64,000 bases of DNA from Paenibacillus antri. GTDB lineage: Bacteria; Bacillota; Bacilli; Paenibacillales; YIM-B00363. The position numbers and the translations under genes are program-made. The notes beneath the pieces are model-generated. The model had not been told where the DNA came from. It did not search any database and was given only the letters and a program-made list of their open reading frames with translations. The stretch spans positions 212,542-276,541 of the forward strand of contig NZ_VCIW01000004.1 of assembly GCF_005765165.1 (NCBI RefSeq). Direction: 5' to 3'. Shown here one piece after another: positions 47,429-56,615 of this stretch; within the stretch, counting starts at the first letter, position 1; every line of letters starts with the position of its first letter.

Positions 47429-49020
47429 ATGCGAATGACGGTGGAGCAGGCGCTGTCGATCTACCCCCTCTCCGAAGGGAAGCTTGTGGCCGGCGCGGCA
47501 GGGAAGCATCGCATCGTGCGGTCGATCAACGTCATGGATGCGCCCGATATTTCCGATTGGATCAAGGAAGGGGAGATGGTGTTCACGACCGCTTATCTGA
47601 TCAAGGATCAACCGATGGCCGCTTCGCAGCTGCTGCGCAAGTTGAACGAGAGGGGGTCGTCGGGCCTCGGCGTCAAGTTGGGGCGATTCTGGAGTTCTAT
47701 TCCGGAGAGTCTCGTCGAGGAGGCCGATGCGTTAGGCTTTCCGATCATCGAACTTCCGTACGAATTTACGTTCTCCGATCAAATGATCGCCTTATTCCGA
47801 GCGGAAATCAAGCGTAGTACGGAGGCGCTCCGAAGCGTCATGGAAAAGCAACGGCGGTTGATGCGATTCGCATTGCGATCCGACCCGATCGTACAGTTGT
47901 TCGATGCGGTGGCCGAAATGATCGATTGCAAAATCGCCGTACTGAACGCGCGCGGGAAGATCGTCTTTAACAATAGTCCGATTCCGGATTGGGAGCTGAG
48001 TCCGGACGCGACGGAATGCCGCGTGCAGAGGAAAGACTGGCAAGCGTACCGCGCGCCGATCGCGGGGCGGAACCGAACGGCGGGCTGCGTCTTCTTCTTC
48101 GTCGAGGATCCGAGCAGGATGGCGGCGGAAGAGGGGTTATACATGCAGGCTGCGGAGCTCCTCGGCTTCCATATGGACGCGAACTTTCAGGACTTCTACG
48201 AACTCATCGGGATTTCGGATCGCTCGTCAAGCGCTGCTTGCGGCAAGGAATGCCGGTCGAAGAGTTGGCGGATTGCGCCCGCAAGGTCGGTATCGGAGTG
48301 TTCGAAGGCGCGTTCCGATGCGCGTTAACCGATGTGCCGGCCGAGGATGGCGAGACGAGGCAGGCGAAGCTTCAACTGCTGAAGCAGGAATACCTCGGAC
48401 GCCCCGCGCTCGTAGAGCTGCAAGGCGTGCATGTCCTAATGGAGGAAGGGTTGTTATCGGTGTTTCCGGACGATGGTTTGCCGTCGACCGCACTCGCGGA
48501 ACTGATTGCGGGCAGCTTGATCGGCTTGGGGACGGAGGATCGCGATGGCCCGAAAGCGGCCGTCAGCTCAAGGAAACAAAAGATCGGCCAACTCCGGGAA
48601 GCGTTCGAGGAGGCGAAGGAAACGCTTCGGACCGCGATGCGTTGGGGCGTCCGGGAGCAGGTGGTCGGGTACCGGACGGTGGAGCTAACGTTCCTGTTCG
48701 AGCGAGTGCCGAAAGAACGTATGGAGACATATACGAATGCGATTTTAGGCGAGTTGTTGGCCAAAGAGCCGGAGTACGCTCAAGAGATGCTTAAGACGCT
48801 AGAAGCTTATATCGAGTGCGACGGCCAAATGAACGAAACGGCGAAACGGTTATTCATTCACCGAAACACGGCGACGTACCGGATCGAGAAATTGAGCGAG
48901 CTGCTTGAGATCGATTTGAAAAAAATGAACGATCTGCTGCGGCTGAAGCTGGTATTTTTGTTCCGAAAGATGCTTCATAGCGACGGGGAACGCAAAGGCG
49001 GGCGGCAAGGGGTTGTCTGA
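47429..49020 (+). pseudogene. PucR/CdaR-family transcriptional regulator, disrupted by a frameshift near 48190-48225
   Basis: The N-terminal PucR domain (LVAGAAGKHRIVRSINVMDAPDISDW...) is in one frame (track ORF 47420-48328). The C-terminal part with the PucR HTH (NETAKRLFIHRNTATYRIEKLSELLEID) is in another frame (track ORF 47989-49020). The sensible sequence switches frame around ...NFQDFYELIG|DFGSLVKRCLRQGMPVEEL. Confidence 0.65.
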
Positions 49021-49049
49021 AACGATTCATTGGCAAAGGAGGGGGGCGC

Positions 49050-50081
49050 ATGGATCCGGAGCGGCTGTTATCGTTCGTCGGCGGATGGAACGGCGTAGCG
49101 GTGCTTGCGACGATCGTCGAAACGAAAGGGCATGCCTACCGCAAGAGCGGGGCTGCGATGCTGTTTTATGGCGAAGGGGGCGCCGGGCGGCTCGGGTCGA
49201 TTAGCCCGGGGTGCCTGGAGGGCGACCTCGAGCTGCGCGCAGAAAGCGTCTGGAGGTCCGGGAAACCGGAGGTCGCGGAATACGATATGCTCCGCCAGGA
49301 TGATTTGGGCTTCGGCGAAGCGGTAGGGTGCGGAGGGAAGATCACGGTACTATTGGAGCCTGTGCGCGGGGCATTCCGCAGCTTACTGCTCGAAGCGGAC
49401 AAATATGTAAAGCAGGGCGAGACGGTGACGTTGCTGCGCGGAAGAGGCGAGGAGCGTCCGCGATACGAGTTGATTCGGGGGCTGGCCGTAACCGAAGATC
49501 CGAACGCGTTCGCCGTCGCCTTCGCGCCTCGACCTCGTCTCGTACTGTTCGGGGCGGGACTAGACGTCGTTCCGATCGCCTCGGTCGCAGAGCGGATCGG
49601 CTTCCGCATTGCGGTGATCGATTGGAGGAAAAACGCGGCCGTCGCATCCCGGTTCCCCCATGCGGAGCTCGTGGTCGGGACGCCGGAGGAAGCTGCGGCC
49701 CGGCTCGCGGTCGACGAGCGGGATTATGTCGTCGTATGCAGCCATTCCTTCCGCAGGGACCGCAGCTTCATCCGTGCGATGCTCGGCGCGAAGCCTCGTT
49801 ATTTGGGCGTCGTCGGGTCGGCCGCAAGAATCCGGTCGCTCTTCGGCGACGAGGAACCGCCGGCTTTCGTTCGAGCGCCGGCCGGCTTGCCGATCGGGGC
49901 GGACGGCCCCGAGGAAATCGCCGTCGCGATCGCGGCGGAAATAATTCAGGCGCGAAGAGCCGGCGAATCAGCCCCGCGGAAGGGAGTGACGGGAAATGAA
50001 GGTGGCAGGGATTTATTTAGCGGCGGGACAGAGCAAGCGAATGGGGCGTCCGAAGCTTTCCCTGGAGCTTTCCTCAGGTAA
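49050..50081 (+). CDS. xdhC: XdhC family molybdenum cofactor insertion / xanthine dehydrogenase accessory protein
   Basis: XdhC_CoxI N-terminal domain (...ATIVETKGHAYRKSGAAMLF...) and C-terminal Rossmann part (...LVLFGAGLDVVPIA...). The 3' tail overlaps the next gene by 86 nt. Confidence 0.8.
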   Translation: MDPERLLSFVGGWNGVAVLATIVETKGHAYRKSGAAMLFYGEGGAGRLGSISPGCLEGDLELRAESVWRSGKPEVAEYDMLRQDDLGFGEAVGCGGKITVLLEPVRGAFRSLLLEADKYVKQGETVTLLRGRGEERPRYELIRGLAVTEDPNAFAVAFAPRPRLVLFGAGLDVVPIASVAERIGFRIAVIDWRKNAAVASRFPHAELVVGTPEEAAARLAVDERDYVVVCSHSFRRDRSFIRAMLGAKPRYLGVVGSAARIRSLFGDEEPPAFVRAPAGLPIGADGPEEIAVAIAAEIIQARRAGESAPRKGVTGNEGGRDLFSGGTEQANGASEAFPGAFLR

Positions 50082-50616
50082 GCGATTGGGCGGTGCGGCG
50101 CTGCTGCAGCTTGCGAATTGCGGGCTCGATCCGCTCGTCGTCGTCGTCCGAGCCGACGATGCGCTCGACTGGCTTCCGGAACCCCCGATGGGCATGTCCG
50201 GTTGGAGGACGGAAAGCTGCTTTACTTCGACCCTCGGGCTATCGTTTTCGCTTCGGTGCGGCTTGAACGCCGTCCTGCCCCAAAACCCGGACGCGGTGTT
50301 GGTAGCATTGGCGGATCAACCGTTCATCCGAGCGTCGGAGGTGCGGCGTCTCGTGGCTGCGTTGGAACGGGAGCCTGGGCTTCATTACGCGGCTAGCGGC
50401 AACCGAGGCGAAGCGATGCCGCCGTCGCTGTTTTCCAAGGCGGCGTTCCCGGCGCTCGAACAACTGGACGGGGATCGAGGAGCGAAGCGGATCTTCGATT
50501 CGCCAGAGTTCAAGGGCGTGGTTCTAGAAATGAGGGATCCGGACTATTTCTTGGACACGGACACGGAGGCGGATTTTCTGAAGACCCAAAGTCGATGGGC
50601 GGAAATAGATATATAA
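49996..50616 (+). CDS. MobA-like NTP transferase (molybdenum cofactor cytidylyltransferase MocA-like)
   Basis: MKVAGIYLAAGQSKRMGRPKL signature. RBS AGGGAG. Confidence 0.75.
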   Translation: MKVAGIYLAAGQSKRMGRPKLSLELSSGKRLGGAALLQLANCGLDPLVVVVRADDALDWLPEPPMGMSGWRTESCFTSTLGLSFSLRCGLNAVLPQNPDAVLVALADQPFIRASEVRRLVAALEREPGLHYAASGNRGEAMPPSLFSKAAFPALEQLDGDRGAKRIFDSPEFKGVVLEMRDPDYFLDTDTEADFLKTQSRWAEIDI

Positions 50617-50717
50617 CGCACATATTACATTATTTATTCATTACACGTCACGTAGTGCGTCGATCACAACGAAAAGGTCGAAATTCGGAATACGAACCAA
50701 ACTTTACGTTATGTATA

Positions 50718-50746
50718 TTGACGCTAATATGACCCGTGGATATAGT
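50718..50746 (+). promoter_or_regulatory. σA-type promoter TTGACG-N17-TATAGT for the bmp/xdh/uric-acid operon
   Basis: Near-consensus hexamers with a 17-nt spacer ~75 nt upstream of the ATG at 50823. ATTACAT/ATTACA motifs recur at 50623-50650. Confidence 0.55.
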
Positions 50747-50822
50747 TGAGCTACACTACCGGTTGAGTCCATGGCGTAGTCGAGAGAAAGAGTAGACGTA
50801 TAGGAGACAGGGGAGGAAGCGT

Positions 50823-51977
50823 ATGAAGAAGAGAAGCAAGGGGTTCAGATCGGCATTAGCCTTGTTGGCGGTGCTCGGGATCGTAATCGCAGGATGCTCG
50901 AACGGTTCCGGCGAACCGGAACCGGAGGCGGATGCCTCCGCAGCGGAGACGGGAGCCCTCGAAGCGGAAGCTGCGCCCGAGCCGGAGCTTCCGAAAGTGG
51001 CGTTCGTGTATATCGGACCTCCGGGCGACGGAGGGTGGACGTTCGAGCATGACCGAGGCCGCCTGGAGATGGAGAAGGCGCTGGGCATAACGGCGACTTT
51101 CGTAGAGAACGTGCCGGAGAGCGCGGATGCGGAACGCGTCATTACAGAGCTGGCGCAGGACCATGACATCATCTTTACGACAAGCTTCGGCTATATGGAC
51201 TATACGCTCAATGTCGCGAAGAAATTTCCAGACGTTACGTTCCTTCACACGGCCGGCTATAAGACTGCGGAGAATATGAGCAATTATTTCGGACGGAATT
51301 ACGAAGCGAGCTATCTGTCCGGCATCGCGGCGGGAGCCGCGACGAAATCGAACATCATCGGATACGTCGGCGCCTTCCCGATCCCGGAGGTCATCTACAA
51401 TATTAACGCCTACGCGCTCGGAATGCAGAGCGTGAACCCGGACGCCGTAGTGAAAGTGGTCTGGTCGAATACTTGGTACGACCCGGCGACGGAGCGGCAA
51501 GCGGCGATCTCCTTGCTCGACCAAGGCGCGGACGTATTGATGGCATACCAAGATTCCCCGGCTACGATCCAAGCGGCTGCCGAACGCGGCGGATTTGCAG
51601 GCGGCAACGACTCCGACATGACGCGGTTCGCGCCGGAGGCTTACTTGACGAACCCGATATGGAACTGGGGGCCGTACTACACGAAGACCGTTAAAGACAT
51701 TATGGAAGGAACTTGGACGAACGAACCGTATCTCGGCGATATGGCGGACGGCATGGTCGACATCGCGCCGCTCGGCAACAGCGTGCCGGAGGACATTAAG
51801 AAGCTGATCGAGGATACGAAGGCCAAAATCATCGGCGGCGAGATGAATGTGTTTACCGGTCCGATCGTCGATGCGGAAGGCGCAGTGAGAGTGGAGGCAG
51901 GCCAAACCATGACCGACGAAGTCATCTACAGCACAGACTGGTTTGTTAAAGGAGTAGAAGGCACGATCCCGAAATAA
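50823..51977 (+). CDS. BMP-family ABC transporter substrate-binding lipoprotein (purine nucleoside-binding, PnrA/Med-like)
   Basis: Lipobox VIAGCSNG. Pro/Glu linker. BMP fold. Confidence 0.85.
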   Translation: MKKRSKGFRSALALLAVLGIVIAGCSNGSGEPEPEADASAAETGALEAEAAPEPELPKVAFVYIGPPGDGGWTFEHDRGRLEMEKALGITATFVENVPESADAERVITELAQDHDIIFTTSFGYMDYTLNVAKKFPDVTFLHTAGYKTAENMSNYFGRNYEASYLSGIAAGAATKSNIIGYVGAFPIPEVIYNINAYALGMQSVNPDAVVKVVWSNTWYDPATERQAAISLLDQGADVLMAYQDSPATIQAAAERGGFAGGNDSDMTRFAPEAYLTNPIWNWGPYYTKTVKDIMEGTWTNEPYLGDMADGMVDIAPLGNSVPEDIKKLIEDTKAKIIGGEMNVFTGPIVDAEGAVRVEAGQTMTDEVIYSTDWFVKGVEGTIPK

Positions 51978-52083
51978 GGGGTCCGGGTACATTCGTCTAT
52001 AGGTCAGGTCGGCAACAATCCCTTTCGAACGCCGAAGGGATTGTTGCCGTATAGGGACTTTGTTCGGAAGGAGCGTGCAGGAG

Positions 52084-53625
52084 ATGGCGAGAAGCCCGGC
52101 CGTAGAAATGAAGCAAATCGTAAAGCGCTTCGGCGACGTTACGGCGAACGACCATGTCGATTTTTCGGCGAGGCCGGGGGAGGTGCACGCGCTGCTCGGC
52201 GAGAACGGAGCGGGCAAGAGCACGGTGATGAGCCTCTTATCCGGCGTCTACCGGGCGAACGAAGGCGAAATTTACATCCACGGTCGTAAGGCCGCGATCC
52301 GTTCGCCGAAGGACGCGGCCGCGCTCGGCATCGGCATGGTGTTTCAAAATTTCAGGCTCGTCCAAACGCTGACGGCAACCGAAAACATTGTGCTCGGCGA
52401 AGGCGGATTTTGGCGTGGAAAGCGATGGCGCCTTCGCAAGCGGGAGGAAATCGCGGCGCTGTCGGAGCGATTCGGCTTGACGTTCCCGGTCGACCGGCCG
52501 ATCTGGCAGCTGTCCGTCGGGGAGCAGCAGCGGGTGGAAATCGTGAAGACGCTGTACCGCGGGGCGGACATCGTCATTCTCGACGAGCCGACCTCGGTGC
52601 TGACGCCGGGGGAGGCGGAGTTGTTGTTCAGTACGCTGCTTCGGATGAAGCAGGAAGGGAAGACGGTCATTCTGACGACGCATAAGCTGAACGAGGTCAT
52701 GGCCGTGTCGGACCGGATCTCCGTCATGCGCAAGGGGCGGATGATCGCCGCCGGGATCATCGCTTCGCTGACGAGCGAGCGCGCGTTGGCGCAGTTGATG
52801 GTCGGGCGTGAAGTGACGATCCGGAGACGAGAGCGTCCGCAGGCGGCCGACGCCGGCAAGACGCTGCTCGCGGTGGACCGGATCGACGTCGAGACGGAGC
52901 AGGGTCGGAACGCGCTTCGGCAGCTCAGCTTCTGCGTCCGCGAAGGCGAGATCGTCGGCGTCGCCGGCGTCGCCGGGAACGGGCAAAAGGAGCTGGCCGA
53001 GGTGTTGAACGGCCTCCTGCCTTGGAAGCGCGGAACGATTACGTTCGATGGACGGACGTGGAGGAGCCCTTCGGTGCGCGGAGCGATCGAAGCGGGGATC
53101 GCGCATGTGCCCGAGAACCGGATGAAGAGCGGTCTCGCCGGCAGCCTCGGGGCCGTCGACAATCTGCTTTTCAAGTCGTATCGCAAGCCCGAACGGTCCG
53201 TCCTCGGCTTCCTCCGGTCGAAGCGTAACCGCGCATGGGCTCGATCGCTCGTGGAGGACTTCGAGATCGTAACGCCGGGCGTGGACGCGCCGGTACGTCA
53301 GCTGTCGGGCGGCAACCAACAGAAACTGTTGTTCGCCCGCGAGATGGCGCAAGAGCCGAAGCTGATGGTGGCCGTGCACCCGACCCAGGGGCTTGACGTC
53401 GGGGCGACGGAAGGCGTTCATAAGCTGCTGATGGAGCTGCGGTCGCGCGGGAGCGGCGTACTGCTCATTTCGGAGGATCTGGACGAAGTGATGCTGCTCT
53501 CCGACCGCATTCTGGTCATGTACAACGGCCGAATCATCGGGGAATCGGCGTTCGACGAAGCGGATCGCGAACGTATCGGCATGTGGATGGCAGGCGTGAA
53601 CGAGACGAAGGAGGCGACGGTATGA
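52084..53625 (+). CDS. ABC transporter ATP-binding protein, duplicated ATPase (nucleoside/sugar type)
   Basis: Two Walker A motifs (GENGAGKST, GVAGNGQKE) and two ABC signatures (LSVGEQQRV, LSGGNQQKL). Confidence 0.85.
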   Translation: MARSPAVEMKQIVKRFGDVTANDHVDFSARPGEVHALLGENGAGKSTVMSLLSGVYRANEGEIYIHGRKAAIRSPKDAAALGIGMVFQNFRLVQTLTATENIVLGEGGFWRGKRWRLRKREEIAALSERFGLTFPVDRPIWQLSVGEQQRVEIVKTLYRGADIVILDEPTSVLTPGEAELLFSTLLRMKQEGKTVILTTHKLNEVMAVSDRISVMRKGRMIAAGIIASLTSERALAQLMVGREVTIRRRERPQAADAGKTLLAVDRIDVETEQGRNALRQLSFCVREGEIVGVAGVAGNGQKELAEVLNGLLPWKRGTITFDGRTWRSPSVRGAIEAGIAHVPENRMKSGLAGSLGAVDNLLFKSYRKPERSVLGFLRSKRNRAWARSLVEDFEIVTPGVDAPVRQLSGGNQQKLLFAREMAQEPKLMVAVHPTQGLDVGATEGVHKLLMELRSRGSGVLLISEDLDEVMLLSDRILVMYNGRIIGESAFDEADRERIGMWMAGVNETKEATV

Positions 53626-54719
53626 AACAATCTGTCGTCGAGCCGGCACCTCTGAAGGCGCGGTCGATGCGTTCCGCGTTCCGATTCGAGCTGGATGCGT
53701 CGGCGACCCGCAGCCCTTGGTGGGTCCCGGTCGCTTCCGTCGCTTTGGCGCTGGGCGTTTGCGCCATATTCATCGCGGCGAACGGCATGAACCCGATTAC
53801 GGTGTATTCGAAAATGCTAAGAGGCGCTTTCGGCTCCGCCTACGGCCTCAACGAAACGCTCGTGAAGGCGGTCCCGCTGCTGCTCTGCGGTCTCGGGGTG
53901 TCGATCGCCTACCGAATCGCCGTATGGAACATCGGCGCCGAAGGCCAGTTCCTTGCCGGAACGATGGCGGCGACCGCCGTGACGATCTACTTGCCGGAGC
54001 TTCAGAACGGCTGGGCGATCGCGCTCATGCTCGTCGCGGGCATCGCGGCGGGCGGCGTTTGGGGCCTCTTGACGGCTATTCCCCGCACCCATTTTCAAGT
54101 CAACGAACTGATCACGTCTCTCATGCTCAATTATGTCGCTCTCCTGGCGCTCGATTATTTCGTGTTCGGTCCGTGGCGGGATCCGGCCGGCTTCAACTTC
54201 CCGGGTTCCCCGGTATTCACGCCGGCACAATCTCTGCCTGCGATCGGGGACACCCGGCTGCACCTCGGCCTCGCGTTCGCGCTGTCGGCGGTCGCCTTGT
54301 ACTACGTGCTGATAAAGTTTACTCGCTGGGGCTACGAGCTGCGGCTGATCGGCGCGAACCCGACCGCCGCGAAGCACGCGGGCATCAATATCAATAAGCA
54401 TATTTGGATCGTCATGATCGTCAGCGGCGGGCTCGCCGGTCTAGCGGGCATGGCCGAGGTGTCAGGCGTCACTCATAAGCTTATGCAAGGCATCTCACCC
54501 GGGTACGGGTACACGGCGATCATCGTCGCTTGGCTCGCGAAGCTGCACCCGGCCGGACTTATTGTCGCTTCCGTCCTATTCGGCGGGTTGATCGTCGGCG
54601 GTTACAGCGTCCAGACGATCGGAATGCCGTCATCGGTGACGGATATGATTCAAGGCGGGATCTTGTTTTTCCTGATCGCCGGCGACATGGTCGCCAAATT
54701 CCGGCTGCGGCGCCGCTGA
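53622..54719 (+). CDS. ABC transporter permease (BMP/nucleoside system, YufP-like)
   Basis: ATGA overlap with the ATPase stop. ~9 TM. Confidence 0.8.
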   Translation: MKQSVVEPAPLKARSMRSAFRFELDASATRSPWWVPVASVALALGVCAIFIAANGMNPITVYSKMLRGAFGSAYGLNETLVKAVPLLLCGLGVSIAYRIAVWNIGAEGQFLAGTMAATAVTIYLPELQNGWAIALMLVAGIAAGGVWGLLTAIPRTHFQVNELITSLMLNYVALLALDYFVFGPWRDPAGFNFPGSPVFTPAQSLPAIGDTRLHLGLAFALSAVALYYVLIKFTRWGYELRLIGANPTAAKHAGININKHIWIVMIVSGGLAGLAGMAEVSGVTHKLMQGISPGYGYTAIIVAWLAKLHPAGLIVASVLFGGLIVGGYSVQTIGMPSSVTDMIQGGILFFLIAGDMVAKFRLRRR

Positions 54720-54735
54720 GGGGAGAATACGGCCA

Positions 54736-55665
54736 ATGGATTTAGCCATTCAATTGATCGCGGCCGCGATGTCCGCCGGAACGCCGCTGCTGCTGGCCGC
54801 GCTCGGCGGCATCTTAAGCGAACGCTCCGGCATCATTCAGCTCGGAGCGGAAGGTCTCATGCTTATGGGGGCGGTCGTCGCTTGCCTGACGTTCATCGGT
54901 TCGGAGAGCATCCCGTTAACGCTGCTCGCGGTCGTCGCCGTGACGGCGGCGCTGGGACTGCTGCACGCGTTCATGTGCGTGACGCTGCGGGCGAATCAAA
55001 TTATGGCGGGCCTCGCGTTGACGTTGTTCGGCGGGGGATTGAGCGCCTACCTCGGGCGGTCGGTCAGCGGTCTGCCGCTCCCAGGCACGATGCCTCGCAT
55101 CCATCTCGACTGGCTCGAGCCGGTGCCGGCGATCGGCCGGTTGTTCGCGCATCTGGATATCCTGACATGGTTCAGCTTCGCCCTTGTCGCCGCCCTGCAT
55201 CTGTTAATCCATAAGACGTCTTGGGGGCTGCATCTGAAGGCGGTCGGGGACAATCCCGCGACGGCCGATGTCATGGGTATCCGCGTCCAAGCGCTTCGTT
55301 ACGCGTACGTCGTCGCCGGGGCCGCGCTCATCGGTCTCGCAGGCGGCTACATGCTGTTGGTGTACACGCCGAGCTGGACGGAAGGCATGACGGCGGGCAA
55401 AGGCTGGATCGCGGTCGCGCTGATCATCTTCGCCCGGTGGAATCCGCTCCGAGCGCTGTTCTGCTCTTACTTCTTCGGGGCGCTCGACATGATCGGTTTT
55501 CGAATTCAGCTCATCGGAAGCGATATTCCGCCTTACTTCTTGAAGATGATTCCTTACGTCGTTACCGTTTTTGTGTTGATGTATCTCGGCTGGCGCAATC
55601 GCAACAAGCCGTCCGGCACGCCGGAGGCGCTGGGCATCCCGTATATCCGGGAACAGCGATTTTAG
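54736..55665 (+). CDS. ABC transporter permease (BMP/nucleoside system, YufQ-like)
   Basis: Polytopic permease following the YufP-like gene. Confidence 0.8.
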   Translation: MDLAIQLIAAAMSAGTPLLLAALGGILSERSGIIQLGAEGLMLMGAVVACLTFIGSESIPLTLLAVVAVTAALGLLHAFMCVTLRANQIMAGLALTLFGGGLSAYLGRSVSGLPLPGTMPRIHLDWLEPVPAIGRLFAHLDILTWFSFALVAALHLLIHKTSWGLHLKAVGDNPATADVMGIRVQALRYAYVVAGAALIGLAGGYMLLVYTPSWTEGMTAGKGWIAVALIIFARWNPLRALFCSYFFGALDMIGFRIQLIGSDIPPYFLKMIPYVVTVFVLMYLGWRNRNKPSGTPEALGIPYIREQRF

Positions 55666-55691
55666 TTTCGAATAGAGGAGGCGATTCGAAC

Positions 55692-56579
55692 ATGGCCATC
55701 GGCGTCGAAGGGTTATCCGGTATGCCCGCCGTGCTGCAGCCCCGCGACGTTGCGGAGGCGTGGCGATGGAAGCGAACGCTCGGCGCGTCCGCCGCGTTCG
55801 TCTCGGGCGGCACGCTGCTGCGCACGCAGTGGGAGAACGGCCTCGCGCCCATGCCTCGGAGTCTGATCGATCTCCGAGGCTTGCCGGGGTTCTCCGGCAT
55901 CGATGCGAGCGACGATCGAATCTCCATCGGGGCGCTTGTCACGCTTTCCGATTGCCGGAGAAGCCCGGCGCTTGCGCTCCGGGCGCCGGCCCTGACGGAG
56001 GCGGTTCGGGTCATCGGCGCCCCGTCGATCCGGAACCTCGGGACGATCGGCGGCAATGTCGTCTCGGGCATCGGAGACGTCTGGCCGGCGTTGCTCGTTC
56101 ACGACGCGGAGCTCGAGTGGTTCGGGGACCGCGGCGGGATCAACGAACCGGCGGAGGCGTGGGTTCGGCGCTTCGGGACGGCGTCCGAACCCCGCGTGCT
56201 GACCGCGATTCGGCTGCCTTCCAGCTCGAACAGCGGCGGCGGCCCCTTCTTCGAAGCGTACCGCAAGGTGTGCCGGCGCGAAGGGTTCGCGCCTTCTCTC
56301 GTGACGGTCGCGCTGCGCGGCCGGCTCGACGAAGCCGGCCGATGGACGACGTGCCGCATCGCGGCGGGCGGCGGGACGGCAAATCCGAAGCGGCTTGCGG
56401 CGGCGGAAGCGCTGTGGAACGGCAAGACGTCCGAGGAGTTGAATTTCCAGTCGTTGTATCAGTCTGTCGAAGAGGAATACGAGGCCGCGTCGGATCCGTT
56501 CGCGGACGCGGGCTATCGGCGCAAGACGGCGGCGGGGCTCGTTGCCGCGGCGCTATGGGAAGCGTCAGGGCAAGGCTGA
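55692..56579 (+). CDS. Xanthine dehydrogenase FAD-binding subunit (molybdopterin dehydrogenase FAD-binding, CoxM/XdhB-like)
   Basis: FAD_binding_5 motifs (...AFVSGGTLL..., ...IRNLGTIGGNV...). RBS GAGGAGG. The track ORF 55221 extends upstream. Confidence 0.8.
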   Translation: MAIGVEGLSGMPAVLQPRDVAEAWRWKRTLGASAAFVSGGTLLRTQWENGLAPMPRSLIDLRGLPGFSGIDASDDRISIGALVTLSDCRRSPALALRAPALTEAVRVIGAPSIRNLGTIGGNVVSGIGDVWPALLVHDAELEWFGDRGGINEPAEAWVRRFGTASEPRVLTAIRLPSSSNSGGGPFFEAYRKVCRREGFAPSLVTVALRGRLDEAGRWTTCRIAAGGGTANPKRLAAAEALWNGKTSEELNFQSLYQSVEEEYEAASDPFADAGYRRKTAAGLVAAALWEASGQG

Positions 56580-56615
56580 ACGGAATCGACCGGGGGACCA
56601 TGGGGAGGGATCGAG

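Noticed and set aside
49996-50081. XdhC-MocA 86-nt overlap as evidence of a fused or frameshifted gene
   Set aside because: MocA has its own RBS and canonical N-terminus. The XdhC tail is non-conserved read-through. Overlap alone does not show a frameshift.
50760-50822. Purine (guanine/xanthine) riboswitch in the bmp operon leader
   Set aside because: The leader is only ~70 nt and lacks the conserved UAUA...UGGG...UUUCUACC...CCGUAAAU elements.
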